DNA from: an uncultured Chloroflexia bacterium
Lineage (GTDB): Bacteria > Chloroflexota > Anaerolineae > Anaerolineales > DRKV01
DNA length: 64,000 nucleotides
NCBI GenBank assembly: GCA_963824065.1
Contig: CAWGNX010000001.1
Location: 30,631-94,630, forward strand
Direction of reading: 5' to 3'
The position numbers and the translations under genes were made by a program. Shown in pieces: positions 1-10,571 of the stretch (position 1 is its first letter; each line of letters begins with the position of its first letter). The notes under the pieces are model-generated. The model made no database searches and had not been told where the DNA came from. It was given only the letters and a program-made list of their open reading frames with translations.

Positions 1-466
1 ACTGCCGCCACACCTCGCGGACCGTATACCCCGCCTCCCGGTAAAGCTGCTGCGCCCCCGCATTCGACACCCGCACGCACAGCCGCAGCACCTCGCCCTG
101 GATCTGGGCTTCGCACGCCGCCAACAGCGCCCGCCCGATCCCCCGCCGGCGGTAATCGGGCAGCACCCCCACTGTCGAAATCCAGGCCGCCCCATCCTTC
201 TCGCGCACTTCCCCCGCGATAAAACCCACCATCGCCTCCCCCCCCTGCGCGGCGGGCGTCACCGCTTTCAGGCGCACCATGTTCGGAAAAGTCAGCACCC
301 CGATTAAATCCCACAGCGGCCAGGCGTCCTCTGGAAAACACACCTGTTCCAGCTGCCGCAGGCTGCCCAAATCCCGCCAGGAAGCCGGCACAACCTGGTA
401 GAGCCTGGCGGGCGTGGCTAATTCCCCGGGCACGGAGGCGGGGTGCAGCGGTTCGCCGCTCTGCAT
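1..466 (-). CDS. GNAT (RimI-like) N-acetyltransferase, truncated by window edge
   Basis: Manual translation from ATG at 466: ...WRDLGSLRQLEQVCFPEDAWP...VGVLPDYRRRGIGRALL...VRVSNAGAQQLY; contains the acetyl-CoA motif RxxGxG. Confidence 0.85.
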   Translation of the reverse strand, partial: MQSGEPLHPASVPGELATPARLYQVVPASWRDLGSLRQLEQVCFPEDAWPLWDLIGVLTFPNMVRLKAVTPAAQGGEAMVGFIAGEVREKDGAAWISTVGVLPDYRRRGIGRALLAACEAQIQGEVLRLCVRVSNAGAQQLYREAGYTVREVWRQ

Positions 467-469
467 ACG

Positions 470-1384
470 CTAGCTGGAGCCATCCTCGTCGTTCTGCCCG
501 CGCAGCTTCACAAAGCTCTCGAGCAGGTTGGTGAACTCCAGCGGGAAGATATATTTGGTGGAGGGTGACGCCCCCAGCTTGCTTAGAGTATCGAAATACT
601 GCAGCGTCATCGTCTTCGAATCGACTCCCTTGGCTGCGTTAAAAATCGCCTCCAACGCCAGGGCAAAGCCCTCCGCCCGCAGAATCTGGGATTGGCGTTC
701 CCCTTCCGCCTCCAAAATCCGCGACTGCCGCTGCCCTTCCGCTTTCAGCACCGCCGCCTGCTTATCACCCTCGGCAATATTCACCGTGGCCTCGCGCTGC
801 CCGGTGGATTCCGTCACCAGCGCCCGCCGGATGCGCTCGGCGGTCATCTGGCGGTTCATCGCGTCCGTAATTTCACGCGGCGGGACGATCTCGCGGATTT
901 CCACGTTGGTCACTTTGACCCCCCAGCGCTCGGTGACCTCATCCAAACGGGTGCGCAGCAGGCTGTTGATATGCTCGCGTTCCGAGAGGACGTCATCCAG
1001 CTGGATCCCACCAATCACAGCCCGCAAGGTGGTCGTAGCCATTCCTTGCGCAGCCGATTCGAAGTTACCCACCTGGAGCACACTTTCCATCGGATCGAGA
1101 ACTTTGTAATACCAAAGAAAGTCGACGGATATCGAGGCATTATCCTTGGTGATCGAGGTCTGATGCGGGATTTCACGCACCTGCTCACGCAAGTCAACGT
1201 TTACCGCCCGATCAACAAACGGAACGAGCAAAACAATTCCAGGCCCGCGGGCGCCTACAGCCCGGCCTAGCCGGAAGACTACCAGGCGTTGGTATTCGGG
1301 TACAATCCGAATCGCGGTTGCAACAAGCGCCACAGCGATCAGGACTACTGCGCCTATGGCGCATAAAATCGTCGTTTGAAGCAT
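470..1384 (-). CDS. SPFH/band 7 (stomatin/QmcA-like) membrane protein
   Basis: N-terminal TM helix, then IVPEYQRLVVFRLGR, ITKDNASISVD and AERIRRA/AEG repeats; adjacent to an NfeD gene. Confidence 0.92.
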   Translation of the reverse strand: MLQTTILCAIGAVVLIAVALVATAIRIVPEYQRLVVFRLGRAVGARGPGIVLLVPFVDRAVNVDLREQVREIPHQTSITKDNASISVDFLWYYKVLDPMESVLQVGNFESAAQGMATTTLRAVIGGIQLDDVLSEREHINSLLRTRLDEVTERWGVKVTNVEIREIVPPREITDAMNRQMTAERIRRALVTESTGQREATVNIAEGDKQAAVLKAEGQRQSRILEAEGERQSQILRAEGFALALEAIFNAAKGVDSKTMTLQYFDTLSKLGASPSTKYIFPLEFTNLLESFVKLRGQNDEDGSS

Positions 1385-1386
1385 AA

Positions 1387-2043
1387 TCAGCCTCCTGAAG
1401 ATGGGTCAATGTGTACTTCGTTGTCTTTACCTGAACCATTGGTTGAAGGGGGCGTCAAAGGAGCCACCAACAGCACGAAACCATCCCGCCCGACTACCCG
1501 CACTAATGTATTCGGTGGGATCGGATCTGAGCTGCGCGCGCTCCATTCTTCACCATCGGCGTAAACGGTACCCTCCCCATGCACCTGGGTGCGCGTTTCG
1601 CCCTTGCGTCCGATGAGGGTGTTGATATCTTGACGAGGCGGAATGGACGAAGCGCTGACAACTTTCCGAGATACCACCCACAAAAATGCACCCTCTACCA
1701 CAGACACAACCAGGATTAACCAGGGATCGACTCCCAGCAGCCCGTTTTCCCCGCGAAAGAGCAGTGCCGAACCAATCAAGATAATAGCCAGGGCAACACC
1801 TAATAACACTGGATCGCCTTTGCGAACAATCGCCAGCACATACAAACCGGCACCTAGCAAAATAGGGATGAAGGCCCACAGGTTGACCGGCAAGTTAAAA
1901 AGCTCGATGCCAACGACGACCAGCACCAGGGCAGCTCCCAGTTCCAGGATACCTGTGCCCGGAGTGAGAAGTGCCAACAAGCCCAAAAGGATCCCTCCCA
2001 TCATTAGCAAATAGCCCACGTTTGGATTTAACAGTAATTCCAT
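1387..2043 (-). CDS. NfeD family membrane protein
   Basis: Multi-TM N-terminus plus C-terminal OB-fold (LIGRKGET...GEEWSARS); GAGGAG RBS upstream of ATG 2043; NfeD-SPFH pairing is well known. Confidence 0.9.
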   Translation of the reverse strand: MELLLNPNVGYLLMMGGILLGLLALLTPGTGILELGAALVLVVVGIELFNLPVNLWAFIPILLGAGLYVLAIVRKGDPVLLGVALAIILIGSALLFRGENGLLGVDPWLILVVSVVEGAFLWVVSRKVVSASSIPPRQDINTLIGRKGETRTQVHGEGTVYADGEEWSARSSDPIPPNTLVRVVGRDGFVLLVAPLTPPSTNGSGKDNEVHIDPSSGG

Positions 2044-2259
2044 AGCAATGCTCCTCGCACCACGATCAAACACCAGGGTTTTCACAATGCAGGATTTCAC
2101 CCCAATCTATTTGCAGACGTTGTCATATCGATATTACAACGACGTTCGCCTATTGTGAAAGCCCAGAACTGATAACAGCCATCCATACCGAACTGCTCTA
2201 CACAAATTATAATATACGTGGAAGGACCGGCAAAAGCAAAGAGCCGAATTTACATTTTT

Positions 2260-3021
2260 ATGCCCGACATTGCCTTTGCATTTTTAATTGGCTGCGGCGC
2301 TTCTTTAGGGCTTGCCTGGGCTGTGGCACGCGCCGGAACCAGCAGGACATCATCTATCCTCAATGCAGGATTGTTCTCACTGGGGTGTGCCTACATTGGC
2401 GGGCGGCTGGCGCACCTGGTTGTGTACCGAGTTTTCTTCGGCAGCAACCCCCAGGCAGTCTTCCAGGTCCCGTTGGGTGGTTTTGCCTGGCCTGGTGCGC
2501 TGATGGGTGGTATCCTCGGGCTAGGCCTGTACGCACTGATTACCAGGCAAAATTTTGGCCGCCTCGCGGATGGCCTGCTCCCCCTGCTGGTCACCCTACC
2601 GATCAGTGCCTGGCTGGGCTGCTGGCTGGTAGGCTGTGCCTATGGTCCAACCGTTGAAGCCTGGTGGGGAGTGATGGCGCGCGACGAGTGGGGAGTGGTG
2701 CTTCGGCGCTGGCCTGTCCAACCCGTTGGAGCGCTGCTGTGCTTGCTAGTGCTGTGGGCCATCGACCACCTGCCAATCGAACGCCTGCCTGATGGCGCTA
2801 CGTTCGGCTTGGGCGTGCTCGGATTAACGATGGTCAATTTTTTCATGAGCCTGCTGCGTGCCGATCCTTCCCCGCTGGCCAACGGTTTACGCCTGGAGAC
2901 CTGGTTTGCGCTGATATTCGGCACGGCTGCCCTGCTGGCCCTGGTTGCCCTGGTGCTGCTGCCACGCCGGAGCAAAGAACCCGACCTGACACCCCACGCC
3001 GAACCCCCGGAAACCCAATGA
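2260..3021 (+). CDS. lgt: Prolipoprotein diacylglyceryl transferase family protein
   Basis: IGGRLAH, GGFAWPGALMGG, WLGCWLVGCAYG, RWPVQP and LRAD match Lgt-family motifs, somewhat divergent. Confidence 0.7.
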   Translation: MPDIAFAFLIGCGASLGLAWAVARAGTSRTSSILNAGLFSLGCAYIGGRLAHLVVYRVFFGSNPQAVFQVPLGGFAWPGALMGGILGLGLYALITRQNFGRLADGLLPLLVTLPISAWLGCWLVGCAYGPTVEAWWGVMARDEWGVVLRRWPVQPVGALLCLLVLWAIDHLPIERLPDGATFGLGVLGLTMVNFFMSLLRADPSPLANGLRLETWFALIFGTAALLALVALVLLPRRSKEPDLTPHAEPPETQ

Positions 3022-3896
3022 CAACAATTACACTTGCCCTTGCCCAAATCAGCACTCGCCTTGGTGACGTGCAGAGCAATCTCCAAAAACACCTCGAGCT
3101 GGCTGAAAAAGCCCGCCGATCAGGAGCCGACCTGCTGGTATTCCCGGAGCTGTCCCTGACCGGCTACGTGTTGCAGGACCTGGTGTCCACAGTCGCCCAT
3201 CGACCCACCCCGGATGATCCAGTGTTCCGGCCCCTTTTAGAAGCCAGCCAGGACCTCGACTTGGTGGTTGGTTTTGTGGATGAGGACCAGCGCTCGCGGT
3301 TCTATATTGGTGCAGCCTACTTATCGCGCGGCCAGGTTGTACACATCCACCGCAAGGTCTACCTGCCAACCTATGGCCTGTTCGACGAGGGGCGATTCTT
3401 TGCCTGGGGTGACGCCGTCCGGGCTTTTGACACCCGTTTTGGCCGGCTGGGAATCCTGATCTGCGAGGATTTCTGGCACGCTTCGCCTCCGTATTTGCTG
3501 TGGCTGGATGGCGCTGACCTCATGCTGTTTACCTCGGCTTCACCGGGGCGCGGCTTGAACGCCGAGCCAGAGCTTGAATCGGCACGGTGGGTAGAGCATA
3601 TCAATAAAGCCTATGCCAGCCTGTTCACGGTCTTTGTTGCCCACGCCAACCGGGTAGGTTATGAAGACGGCCTGAACTTTTGGGGGGGCTCGACGTTATT
3701 TGACCCGAATGGCGAGCTGCTTGTACAGGGACCCTACCACCAGGAGGCGTTAACTCTGTGCGAGGTTGATCTGAGACAGATCCACCGTACGCGGGCCCGG
3801 CTGCCGCTGCTGCGTGATGAACGAACCGCCCTGGTGCAACGCGAGATGAACCGTATCTTGAATGATGGGCTCTCCACCGAGAAGGGAATCCGCTGA
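3018..3896 (+). CDS. Carbon-nitrogen hydrolase; probable glutaminase subunit of NAD synthetase
   Basis: E-K-C triad (FPELSLTGY, HRKVYLPTY, ICEDFWH); directly upstream of nadE. Confidence 0.88.
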   Translation: MTTITLALAQISTRLGDVQSNLQKHLELAEKARRSGADLLVFPELSLTGYVLQDLVSTVAHRPTPDDPVFRPLLEASQDLDLVVGFVDEDQRSRFYIGAAYLSRGQVVHIHRKVYLPTYGLFDEGRFFAWGDAVRAFDTRFGRLGILICEDFWHASPPYLLWLDGADLMLFTSASPGRGLNAEPELESARWVEHINKAYASLFTVFVAHANRVGYEDGLNFWGGSTLFDPNGELLVQGPYHQEALTLCEVDLRQIHRTRARLPLLRDERTALVQREMNRILNDGLSTEKGIR

Positions 3897-3897
3897 G

Positions 3898-4719
3898 ATG
3901 AGTGACCTGGCAATTAACACAACCCTGGCCCGCACGATACTGACTGGCTTCATCCACTCGGAAATCACGCGCGCGGGATTCAAACGGGCGGTTTTGGGCC
4001 TGTCGGGCGGGATTGATTCAGCGCTGTCCTGCTTCCTGGCAGCTGAGGCCCTTGGGCCAGAAAACGTCCTGGCGGTGCGGATGCCTTACAGCACTTCATC
4101 CCCCGAGTCGCTGGAACATGCCCAACTGGTTATTGATCAGCTGGGAGTTGCATCATTGACCGTGCCCATCACAGAGATGGTCGACCCGCTTTTCGAACGC
4201 TTTCCCGAGGCAAACAACGTGCGGCGCGGCAACATGATGGCTCGCCAGCGGATGATCATCCTGTACGACCAATCGGAAGAATTTGGCGGGTTGGTCGTGG
4301 GAACCGGCAATAAAACCGAAATTCTGCTCGGCTATACAACCCTGTACGGCGATTCAGCCTGCGCGCTCAATCCAATCGGTGATTTGTATAAAACCCAGGT
4401 GCGGCAGCTCTCCCGCGATCTCAGCATCCCAGAGACAATCGTCGCAAAACCTCCCTCCGCTGACCTGTGGGTAGGACAGACTGATGAGGGCGAGCTGGGC
4501 TTTACGTATGAAGAAGTAGATAAGCTGCTGTACCTGCTGGTCGACCAGCGCTACAGCCCAGAAGACTGCGAACAGGCCGGTTTTGACCCGCGCTTCGTCT
4601 CCGAGGTTGTGCGCCGCATCCGCCGCTACCACTTCAAGCGTATCCTGCCCCCAATTGCCAAAGTGAGCAACCGCACCATCGGCTATGATTTCTTGTATTT
4701 ACGAGATTGGGGAACCTGA
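3898..4719 (+). CDS. nadE: NAD+ synthetase (synthetase domain only)
   Basis: GLSGGIDS, GTGNKTE, GDLYKTQV and PSADLWVGQTDE motifs. Confidence 0.95.
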   Translation: MSDLAINTTLARTILTGFIHSEITRAGFKRAVLGLSGGIDSALSCFLAAEALGPENVLAVRMPYSTSSPESLEHAQLVIDQLGVASLTVPITEMVDPLFERFPEANNVRRGNMMARQRMIILYDQSEEFGGLVVGTGNKTEILLGYTTLYGDSACALNPIGDLYKTQVRQLSRDLSIPETIVAKPPSADLWVGQTDEGELGFTYEEVDKLLYLLVDQRYSPEDCEQAGFDPRFVSEVVRRIRRYHFKRILPPIAKVSNRTIGYDFLYLRDWGT

Positions 4720-4738
4720 GCTTGCGAGATTATAGGCG

Positions 4739-4776
4739 AGGCCTCTGCCAGATTGCCAGGCAGGGGCCTTTTCTTT
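4739..4776 (+). terminator. Intrinsic terminator after nadE
   Basis: AGGCCTCTGCC...GGCAGGGGCCT stem followed by TTTCTTT. Confidence 0.65.
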
Positions 4777-4907
4777 GGCATGCTTACGGGGGGTGATAAC
4801 AACCTGATCCACATTATCCTGAAATGAAAATGTTTAGATATTTACCTAACGATTGCAGTATAATGAGCCCCTAATCTGAGCTTGTTTTAGGAACAGGTCA
4901 AGACGCC

Positions 4908-6170
4908 ATGCGTATTCACATTCCCCCAGCCCTGCACCATCGGCGCTTCCGCCTGCTGTGGATTGGATTGATGATTTCCATCGCTGGTTCCCAGATGCAA
5001 CTCTGGTCTTTATTCTGGCACATCCGCGAGCTGACCGACCAGCCGATTGCGCTGGGCGGCATCGGATTGGCGCGCATCATCCCCCTGGTTATCTTCTCCC
5101 TGATCGGCGGCGCGGTCGCCGATGTAGCCAACCGCCGCAAGGTGATGTTTGCCACTCAGGGCGGCATGGCTCTGGTCGCGGTAGCTTTAGGCTTACTTAC
5201 CCTGAACGGCTCGATCGTATTGTGGCAAATTTATGCCCTGACCGCCATCCAGGCTGTGGCAGCCTCCTTCGACCTGCCGGCCCGCCAGGCACTGGTGCCC
5301 AATTTGCTGCCCCCGAAAGAACTGCCCAACGCATTCAGCATGACCTCGATCGCCTTTCAAGTGGGCTCGATCATTGGCCCCGCTTTGAGCGGAATTGTGA
5401 TCGCTTCCCTGGGCCTCGAATGGGTTTATTTTATCAATGCTGCCACCTTCCTGGCTGTCATCCTGGCCCTGATACTGATGGGGGACGTTCCGCAGCAGGT
5501 AGAAGTACACGCCAAGCGTGCAGTGAGCGTGGAATCCATCGCCGAGGGGATCCGTTTTATCATCAGCCACCCCATCATCCTGTCAACGATGCTGATGGAT
5601 TTTGTGGCAACATTCTTTTCCTCTGCCAATACTTTGATGCCAATCATTGCCAGGGATGTGCTGAATGTGGGAGCAATCGAGTATGGCTGGCTGTCGTCTG
5701 CCCAGTCGATCGGGGCGATGGCTGCAGCTCTTGTCATCTCTCAGCTGAGCGAAATTCGAGGTCAGGGCAAGATCTTCCTGGCCTCGATCATGGTATTTGG
5801 GGTTGCCACAGTGGCATTTGGGCTGGCGCGCACGGTGCTGTTGGCGATGCTGGCATTGATCGTCGTCGGGGCAGCAGATTCGGTGAGCACAATCATCCGA
5901 AACACGATCCGCCAGTTGCAAACCCCCGACTACATCCGCGGGCGGATGGTGAGCGTCAACCAGATCTTTTTTGCGGGCGGGCCGCAGCTTGGTGAAATGG
6001 AGGCCGGAGTGGCAGCCCAGTTCTTTGGAGCCCCATTCGCCGTAATCAGCGGAGGGATCGCCTGCGTGGTGGCCGTGGGATTGATCGCGCGGAAATGGCC
6101 CGTGCTGCGGACCTACAACGGGGATGAGCCGATCTTGGCAGGGCAACCCGCGAGTGGGGCCGCCGACTGA
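4908..6170 (+). CDS. MFS transporter (EntS/MFS_3-like)
   Basis: About 12 TM helices; GGAVADVANRRKVM motif A; TPDYIRGRM. Confidence 0.9.
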   Translation: MRIHIPPALHHRRFRLLWIGLMISIAGSQMQLWSLFWHIRELTDQPIALGGIGLARIIPLVIFSLIGGAVADVANRRKVMFATQGGMALVAVALGLLTLNGSIVLWQIYALTAIQAVAASFDLPARQALVPNLLPPKELPNAFSMTSIAFQVGSIIGPALSGIVIASLGLEWVYFINAATFLAVILALILMGDVPQQVEVHAKRAVSVESIAEGIRFIISHPIILSTMLMDFVATFFSSANTLMPIIARDVLNVGAIEYGWLSSAQSIGAMAAALVISQLSEIRGQGKIFLASIMVFGVATVAFGLARTVLLAMLALIVVGAADSVSTIIRNTIRQLQTPDYIRGRMVSVNQIFFAGGPQLGEMEAGVAAQFFGAPFAVISGGIACVVAVGLIARKWPVLRTYNGDEPILAGQPASGAAD

Positions 6171-6196
6171 AACCGGGGAGTTCGACAGGACAAATC

Positions 6197-6220
6197 AATC
6201 CCGCCGTTGATGACGGGATT
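6197..6220. terminator. Hairpin between convergent MFS and kinase genes
   Basis: AATCCCGCC-GTTGAT-GACGGGATT imperfect inverted repeat. Confidence 0.4.
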
Positions 6221-6223
6221 TGC

Positions 6224-6880
6224 TCAACGCCACTCCTCAGGGTTGAAAACCACTTCATCTTTACCCGTCAATTTTTCCTGAATCTTGCTCACCACCAGTT
6301 CCAGATGAGCGCTGTGGGTCACATAGTCCAGGTCATCGGAGGGCACGGTCAGCACCGGGCATAAGTTAAACGCAGCCAACCATTCCTCGTACTGTTCGTT
6401 AAGCTGGGCAAGGTAATCGCCGGGGATCGACCGCTCGTAGTCCCGGCCGCGGCCGCTGATGCGGTTTAGCAAGGTCTCCACCGAGGCTCGCAGGTAAACC
6501 ACGAGGTCCGGAGGTGGTAAAAACTCGGAAAGCACCGAATAGAGAGACCGGTAGGTTTCATAATCGCGCCCGGTGAGCAGACCCCGGCGGTGCAGGTTGC
6601 CGGCAAACACTTCGGCATCTTCGTAGATGCTGCGATCCTGGATAACCGAGGTGGGGTGGTCAAGCAGCTGGCGGTGAATGCGCAACCGGCGGGTGAGAAA
6701 AAACACCTGGGAATGGAAAGCCCAGGTCTGCATATCCCGATAGAAATCAGCCAGGTATGGATTGTCGCCTTCTGGTTCATAAAACGGCTGCCAGCCCAGA
6801 TGCGCGCTCAGCAAGGTCACCAGGGTGGACTTCCCGGCGCCAATATTGCCCGCCACGACCACAAATTTTTTCATCATCAA
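6224..6880 (-). CDS. Deoxynucleoside kinase
   Basis: P-loop GNIGAGKST, DRSIYED and RGRDYE motifs. Confidence 0.92.
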   Translation of the reverse strand: MMMKKFVVVAGNIGAGKSTLVTLLSAHLGWQPFYEPEGDNPYLADFYRDMQTWAFHSQVFFLTRRLRIHRQLLDHPTSVIQDRSIYEDAEVFAGNLHRRGLLTGRDYETYRSLYSVLSEFLPPPDLVVYLRASVETLLNRISGRGRDYERSIPGDYLAQLNEQYEEWLAAFNLCPVLTVPSDDLDYVTHSAHLELVVSKIQEKLTGKDEVVFNPEEWR

Positions 6881-6938
6881 GGGTTCCTTTTATAAATCTA
6901 CTGGCTTGATGCACCTGCGGGAGCATACCAGCAGCAGA

Positions 6939-9323
6939 TCACTCTTCGTATCCATCCGGTTCCAGGAAACAGACCGCCTTGCCTTTGCGCTCGTCCATCA
7001 CCAGCTCCAGGTGGTGACTGGGGCGGAAATCGGCCACCCGGATGATACGCAAGGTATGCTCAAGAGTACTATCCCCCGGAAGGAACTCAGCTAGCCGGTT
7101 GGGCATGTCGTAGAAGAAAGCGTGATTGAAGACCGCATCCTCATCGTCGAGGTAAACTCCCAGGGGGTAGATACGCGCTTCCACCAGGTCCTGGAAGAAA
7201 TGCGTGCCGAAGGATGGTTCCGGCGCTCCCGAGCCAATATCTAGCCCAGCCAGTTCAACCAGGGCACGCGTATGGTAAATATCGCCATACGTAATGTGGA
7301 CTCCCAGGTCGGGATTGGTCGTTCCCCAGCGCCCCGGACCGACGCAGATAAAGGATTCATTTGCCAGGTTTTTGTTTAACCGCCCGATGGCACGCCCCAG
7401 GTCGGCGCGGGCGGCCTGGGTCGGCAGCGCGTAATAACCCGCAGGCGAAACGAAAAGCACGTAATGGATTCCCGGCACGTGTCCCTGCGGGACCATCCGG
7501 CGAGTCGCCATGATAATATCTTCCAGGGGCAGGTTCTTGGGGATTTCAACCTGGCTGTCCTGGAAATGGCTCTGCGGGCGGCACTGCAGCAGGCAAATTT
7601 CCACCTCCGGTTGGAGTGCGGCGGGGTTATTGAGACGCAGGGTAAATTCCGTATCCACAGGGGTTTGGTAGTGGGTCTCCAGCAGGCGCAGAATGGTGCG
7701 CATCCGCTCGGCGAAAGGCGTGCGGCGGAGCAGCTCATCATAGGTGATGACCAGATCATTCAGGCTGCCGTCGATAACCACACTGCGCAGCGGCGTCAGG
7801 TAGCCCCCCTGGTCCTGGTGCACCAGGTAGCGCAGGATCGGGTAGCCCAGGTCAAGGACCTCGTGGATCGGCAAGGATTTCATCGCGTTTTCTTCGAGGT
7901 CAATCACGTCCACGTAATGCTGAGAGTAGCGCCGGATTTCCTTGGGGGAGCTTTCGGGGCGCAGGAGCGGGTGGCTGAGGGCTACCAGGCGCGGGTAATC
8001 AATGCCGACGCGTTCCACCGCGCGGGTGCCCAAACCCCAGACCAGGCGCAGGAAACCATCATCCCGCTGGATCTGCGGCGACCAACGAAATAAATTCCGG
8101 CTGAAGCCAACCCCCGCCCCCTGAGGGAAGTAATAACGCCCGAAACGCTCACCTTCTACGACCTGGATCAGGATCGCCATACGCTCATCGTAATCCTGCA
8201 GGCCTTTGCTGCGCCTGTACAGCAATGCATCCGGATTGAGGGCGCTGGCATACACAATACGAATTGCCCGGCTCAGCTCGTTCAGATTCTCGGCAGGCGA
8301 TCCCTGGTTCGGCACAAAGACACTTTCGTACTTACCAGCAAAGGACGTTCCGAGATTGTCTTCGAGCAGGCTGGAAGAGCGCACAATGATCGGCACCATT
8401 CCGATATGGTCGAGCAGCCGGCCCAGCTCTTCAAGCACATCGCCCGGAAATTCGCCGCGCAAGAACTCATCCTGGATCTGGGAATATTCCGTGCGGATCC
8501 GGTCTTCGGTCTTGTATTTCTGGTCGGCCCACGGGAGCAGGTGATTGGAGGCCATGAAGGTATACATCAGGTCGGCGCCCAGGAAGTAGAACTCGGGGAT
8601 GCGCAGGTTATCACGAATCTCATCGTCCGCCACCTGGCTCAGGATGCGGGCCGCCAGCAGCATCCCAGCGGCTTTGCCGCCCACTTTGCCCTGCCCAATT
8701 TTACGCTTGCGAATTTCATACAGGTCGGAAACAGTGAACCATTCCTTGGCGATCTTAATATAGGAAAGCTGGTCTGAGATCAGGGTGCGGATCAAGACGA
8801 CTTTGATTTCCTGCAGGCGCGCTTCGGCGCGGCGGCGCTCGTCCAGAGGCATCTTCTCGATGGCGAAGGCCTGCTCAAAGAGCATATCGTGGGGTGCCAG
8901 CTCCGGATTAAAGGAAACCAGCAGCTCGTCGACATCCGAGATGCGCTCCTGGAGCGTCTCGCGTATGATCTGGTCGAACAGCTCATACGACAGGTTGTAG
9001 GCAAAATAAAAATCGGTCAGATTGTCGCGAATGCGGGTCAGGCGCAGCTCCCAAATCGATTGGGTCTCCTGCCCGAACGGATCGTGCAGCCCTTCGCGGG
9101 CTTGCGAGCGAATAGCCTGCTCGCGCACTTCCGCTTCGAATGCCTGCGGGGTGATAACGCCGCGCTCGAACAATTCGCGGCGCATACGAGCGCGAATACG
9201 CGTGCCCAGGATCGGGTACTGGGCCAGGGTCAGGTAAATATTTAATACACGATCGGTTGAAGCTGGCGGCAGAGTCATGAGAGAGTCAGTTTTTTCCACC
9301 ACACTCAGGGTGGGATTAAACAT
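6939..9323 (-). CDS. PEP/pyruvate-binding (PPDK_N ATP-grasp) domain protein, function unknown
   Basis: VGGKAAG, VRSSSLLED...FAGKYES and LLQCRP motifs; C-terminal EPSFGTHFFQ; no pyruvate-binding TIM barrel. Confidence 0.8.
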   Translation of the reverse strand: MFNPTLSVVEKTDSLMTLPPASTDRVLNIYLTLAQYPILGTRIRARMRRELFERGVITPQAFEAEVREQAIRSQAREGLHDPFGQETQSIWELRLTRIRDNLTDFYFAYNLSYELFDQIIRETLQERISDVDELLVSFNPELAPHDMLFEQAFAIEKMPLDERRRAEARLQEIKVVLIRTLISDQLSYIKIAKEWFTVSDLYEIRKRKIGQGKVGGKAAGMLLAARILSQVADDEIRDNLRIPEFYFLGADLMYTFMASNHLLPWADQKYKTEDRIRTEYSQIQDEFLRGEFPGDVLEELGRLLDHIGMVPIIVRSSSLLEDNLGTSFAGKYESVFVPNQGSPAENLNELSRAIRIVYASALNPDALLYRRSKGLQDYDERMAILIQVVEGERFGRYYFPQGAGVGFSRNLFRWSPQIQRDDGFLRLVWGLGTRAVERVGIDYPRLVALSHPLLRPESSPKEIRRYSQHYVDVIDLEENAMKSLPIHEVLDLGYPILRYLVHQDQGGYLTPLRSVVIDGSLNDLVITYDELLRRTPFAERMRTILRLLETHYQTPVDTEFTLRLNNPAALQPEVEICLLQCRPQSHFQDSQVEIPKNLPLEDIIMATRRMVPQGHVPGIHYVLFVSPAGYYALPTQAARADLGRAIGRLNKNLANESFICVGPGRWGTTNPDLGVHITYGDIYHTRALVELAGLDIGSGAPEPSFGTHFFQDLVEARIYPLGVYLDDEDAVFNHAFFYDMPNRLAEFLPGDSTLEHTLRIIRVADFRPSHHLELVMDERKGKAVCFLEPDGYEE

Positions 9324-9437
9324 CTGCAGGTCGCAGCGTAAACTGTTGATCTGGCACTACTCCGCAGTTTACGGTACAACCTGCAAAGACCAACAGCCAT
9401 GGAACGGTGGTCCACGGCTGGTAATAACGACCAGCAA

Positions 9438-10571
9438 TCAACTGCCGAGATGCATCGGCATGATTACATGCGTAAAGTTATCCTCGCCCACGGGCTTGAT
9501 CACCCCAGGGCTGGTCTCGGTGGAAGTTTCCAAGGCCACATTGGGCGTTTTAACAACGTCCAGAACTTCGCGCAGGAAACGCACGTTAAAGGCGATCAGC
9601 AGGGCCTTGCCGTCGATGTTGGCATCAACCACGTTTTGATTCGTGCCCGTTTCTTCCGACTGCCCGGTGATTTCCACGGTGCCCGGCTGAAGCTCGCCCC
9701 CCGGATTGACCTTAATGCGGGCGATCAAGGAGCTTTCGCGCGCGAAAATCTCGGCCTGCTTGCAAGCTTTCAGGAACGCATTGGTGGAAATGACAGTGCG
9801 GGTCTGGTAGCTGCCGGGGATAATGTGCATCACATCCGGGTAGGCGCCTTCAATGAGCTGCGACACCAGCTCGACATCTTTCATGCGGAAAATGACCTGG
9901 TTGCGCCCAGGAGGCAGCATCATGGTCACGGTCTGGCTGCCGTCGCTGGTGATGCGCGCCAGCTCGCTCAGGGCGCGGGCGGGGATGATGGCGCTTACGG
10001 GGCGCGGCACCGGGCTGGAGAGCTCGGCATTACGCACAGAAAGCCGAAAACCGTCCGCCGCGGACAGGGAAATCTTGCTGCCTTCCACTTTCAACTGCAC
10101 GCCGGTCAGCACCGGGCGGGCTTCGTCGGTGGAGGCGGCAAAGACCACCTGGTGAATCATCTCTTTCAGGTCCGCCACGTTTAGCTGGATGCCTTCGGAA
10201 GCATCCGGAGTGGGCATGGGAGGGAATTCCTGGGCATCGATGCAGTTGATGGTGGTATCCGAAGCGCCGCTGCGCACGTTGAGCTTTTGGGTGCGCACCG
10301 ACAGCTCGAGGTCCACACGCTGGTCGGTGAGGGTATTCACGAGGTCATTAAAGGTGCGCGCTGGAACAGTAGTCGAACCCTCGGCTTCGATTTTGGCACC
10401 AATCCAACAGGTAATGCCCAGCTCGAGATTGGTGGCGGAAAGCCGCAATCTCCCATCATCAGTCGCTAGCAGGACATTGGCAAGTACGGGCAGAGTGCTG
10501 CGCGGCGAGACCGCGCGGGATACGATGCTCAGGCCATGGGCAAGGTTTTCTTGCAGGACGGAGACTTTCAT
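9438..10571 (-). CDS. dnaN: DNA polymerase III beta sliding clamp
   Basis: ATNLELGI, ARPVLTGV, ADGFRLS and VIMPM motifs; GAGGAGG RBS. Confidence 0.97.
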   Translation of the reverse strand: MKVSVLQENLAHGLSIVSRAVSPRSTLPVLANVLLATDDGRLRLSATNLELGITCWIGAKIEAEGSTTVPARTFNDLVNTLTDQRVDLELSVRTQKLNVRSGASDTTINCIDAQEFPPMPTPDASEGIQLNVADLKEMIHQVVFAASTDEARPVLTGVQLKVEGSKISLSAADGFRLSVRNAELSSPVPRPVSAIIPARALSELARITSDGSQTVTMMLPPGRNQVIFRMKDVELVSQLIEGAYPDVMHIIPGSYQTRTVISTNAFLKACKQAEIFARESSLIARIKVNPGGELQPGTVEITGQSEETGTNQNVVDANIDGKALLIAFNVRFLREVLDVVKTPNVALETSTETSPGVIKPVGEDNFTHVIMPMHLGS

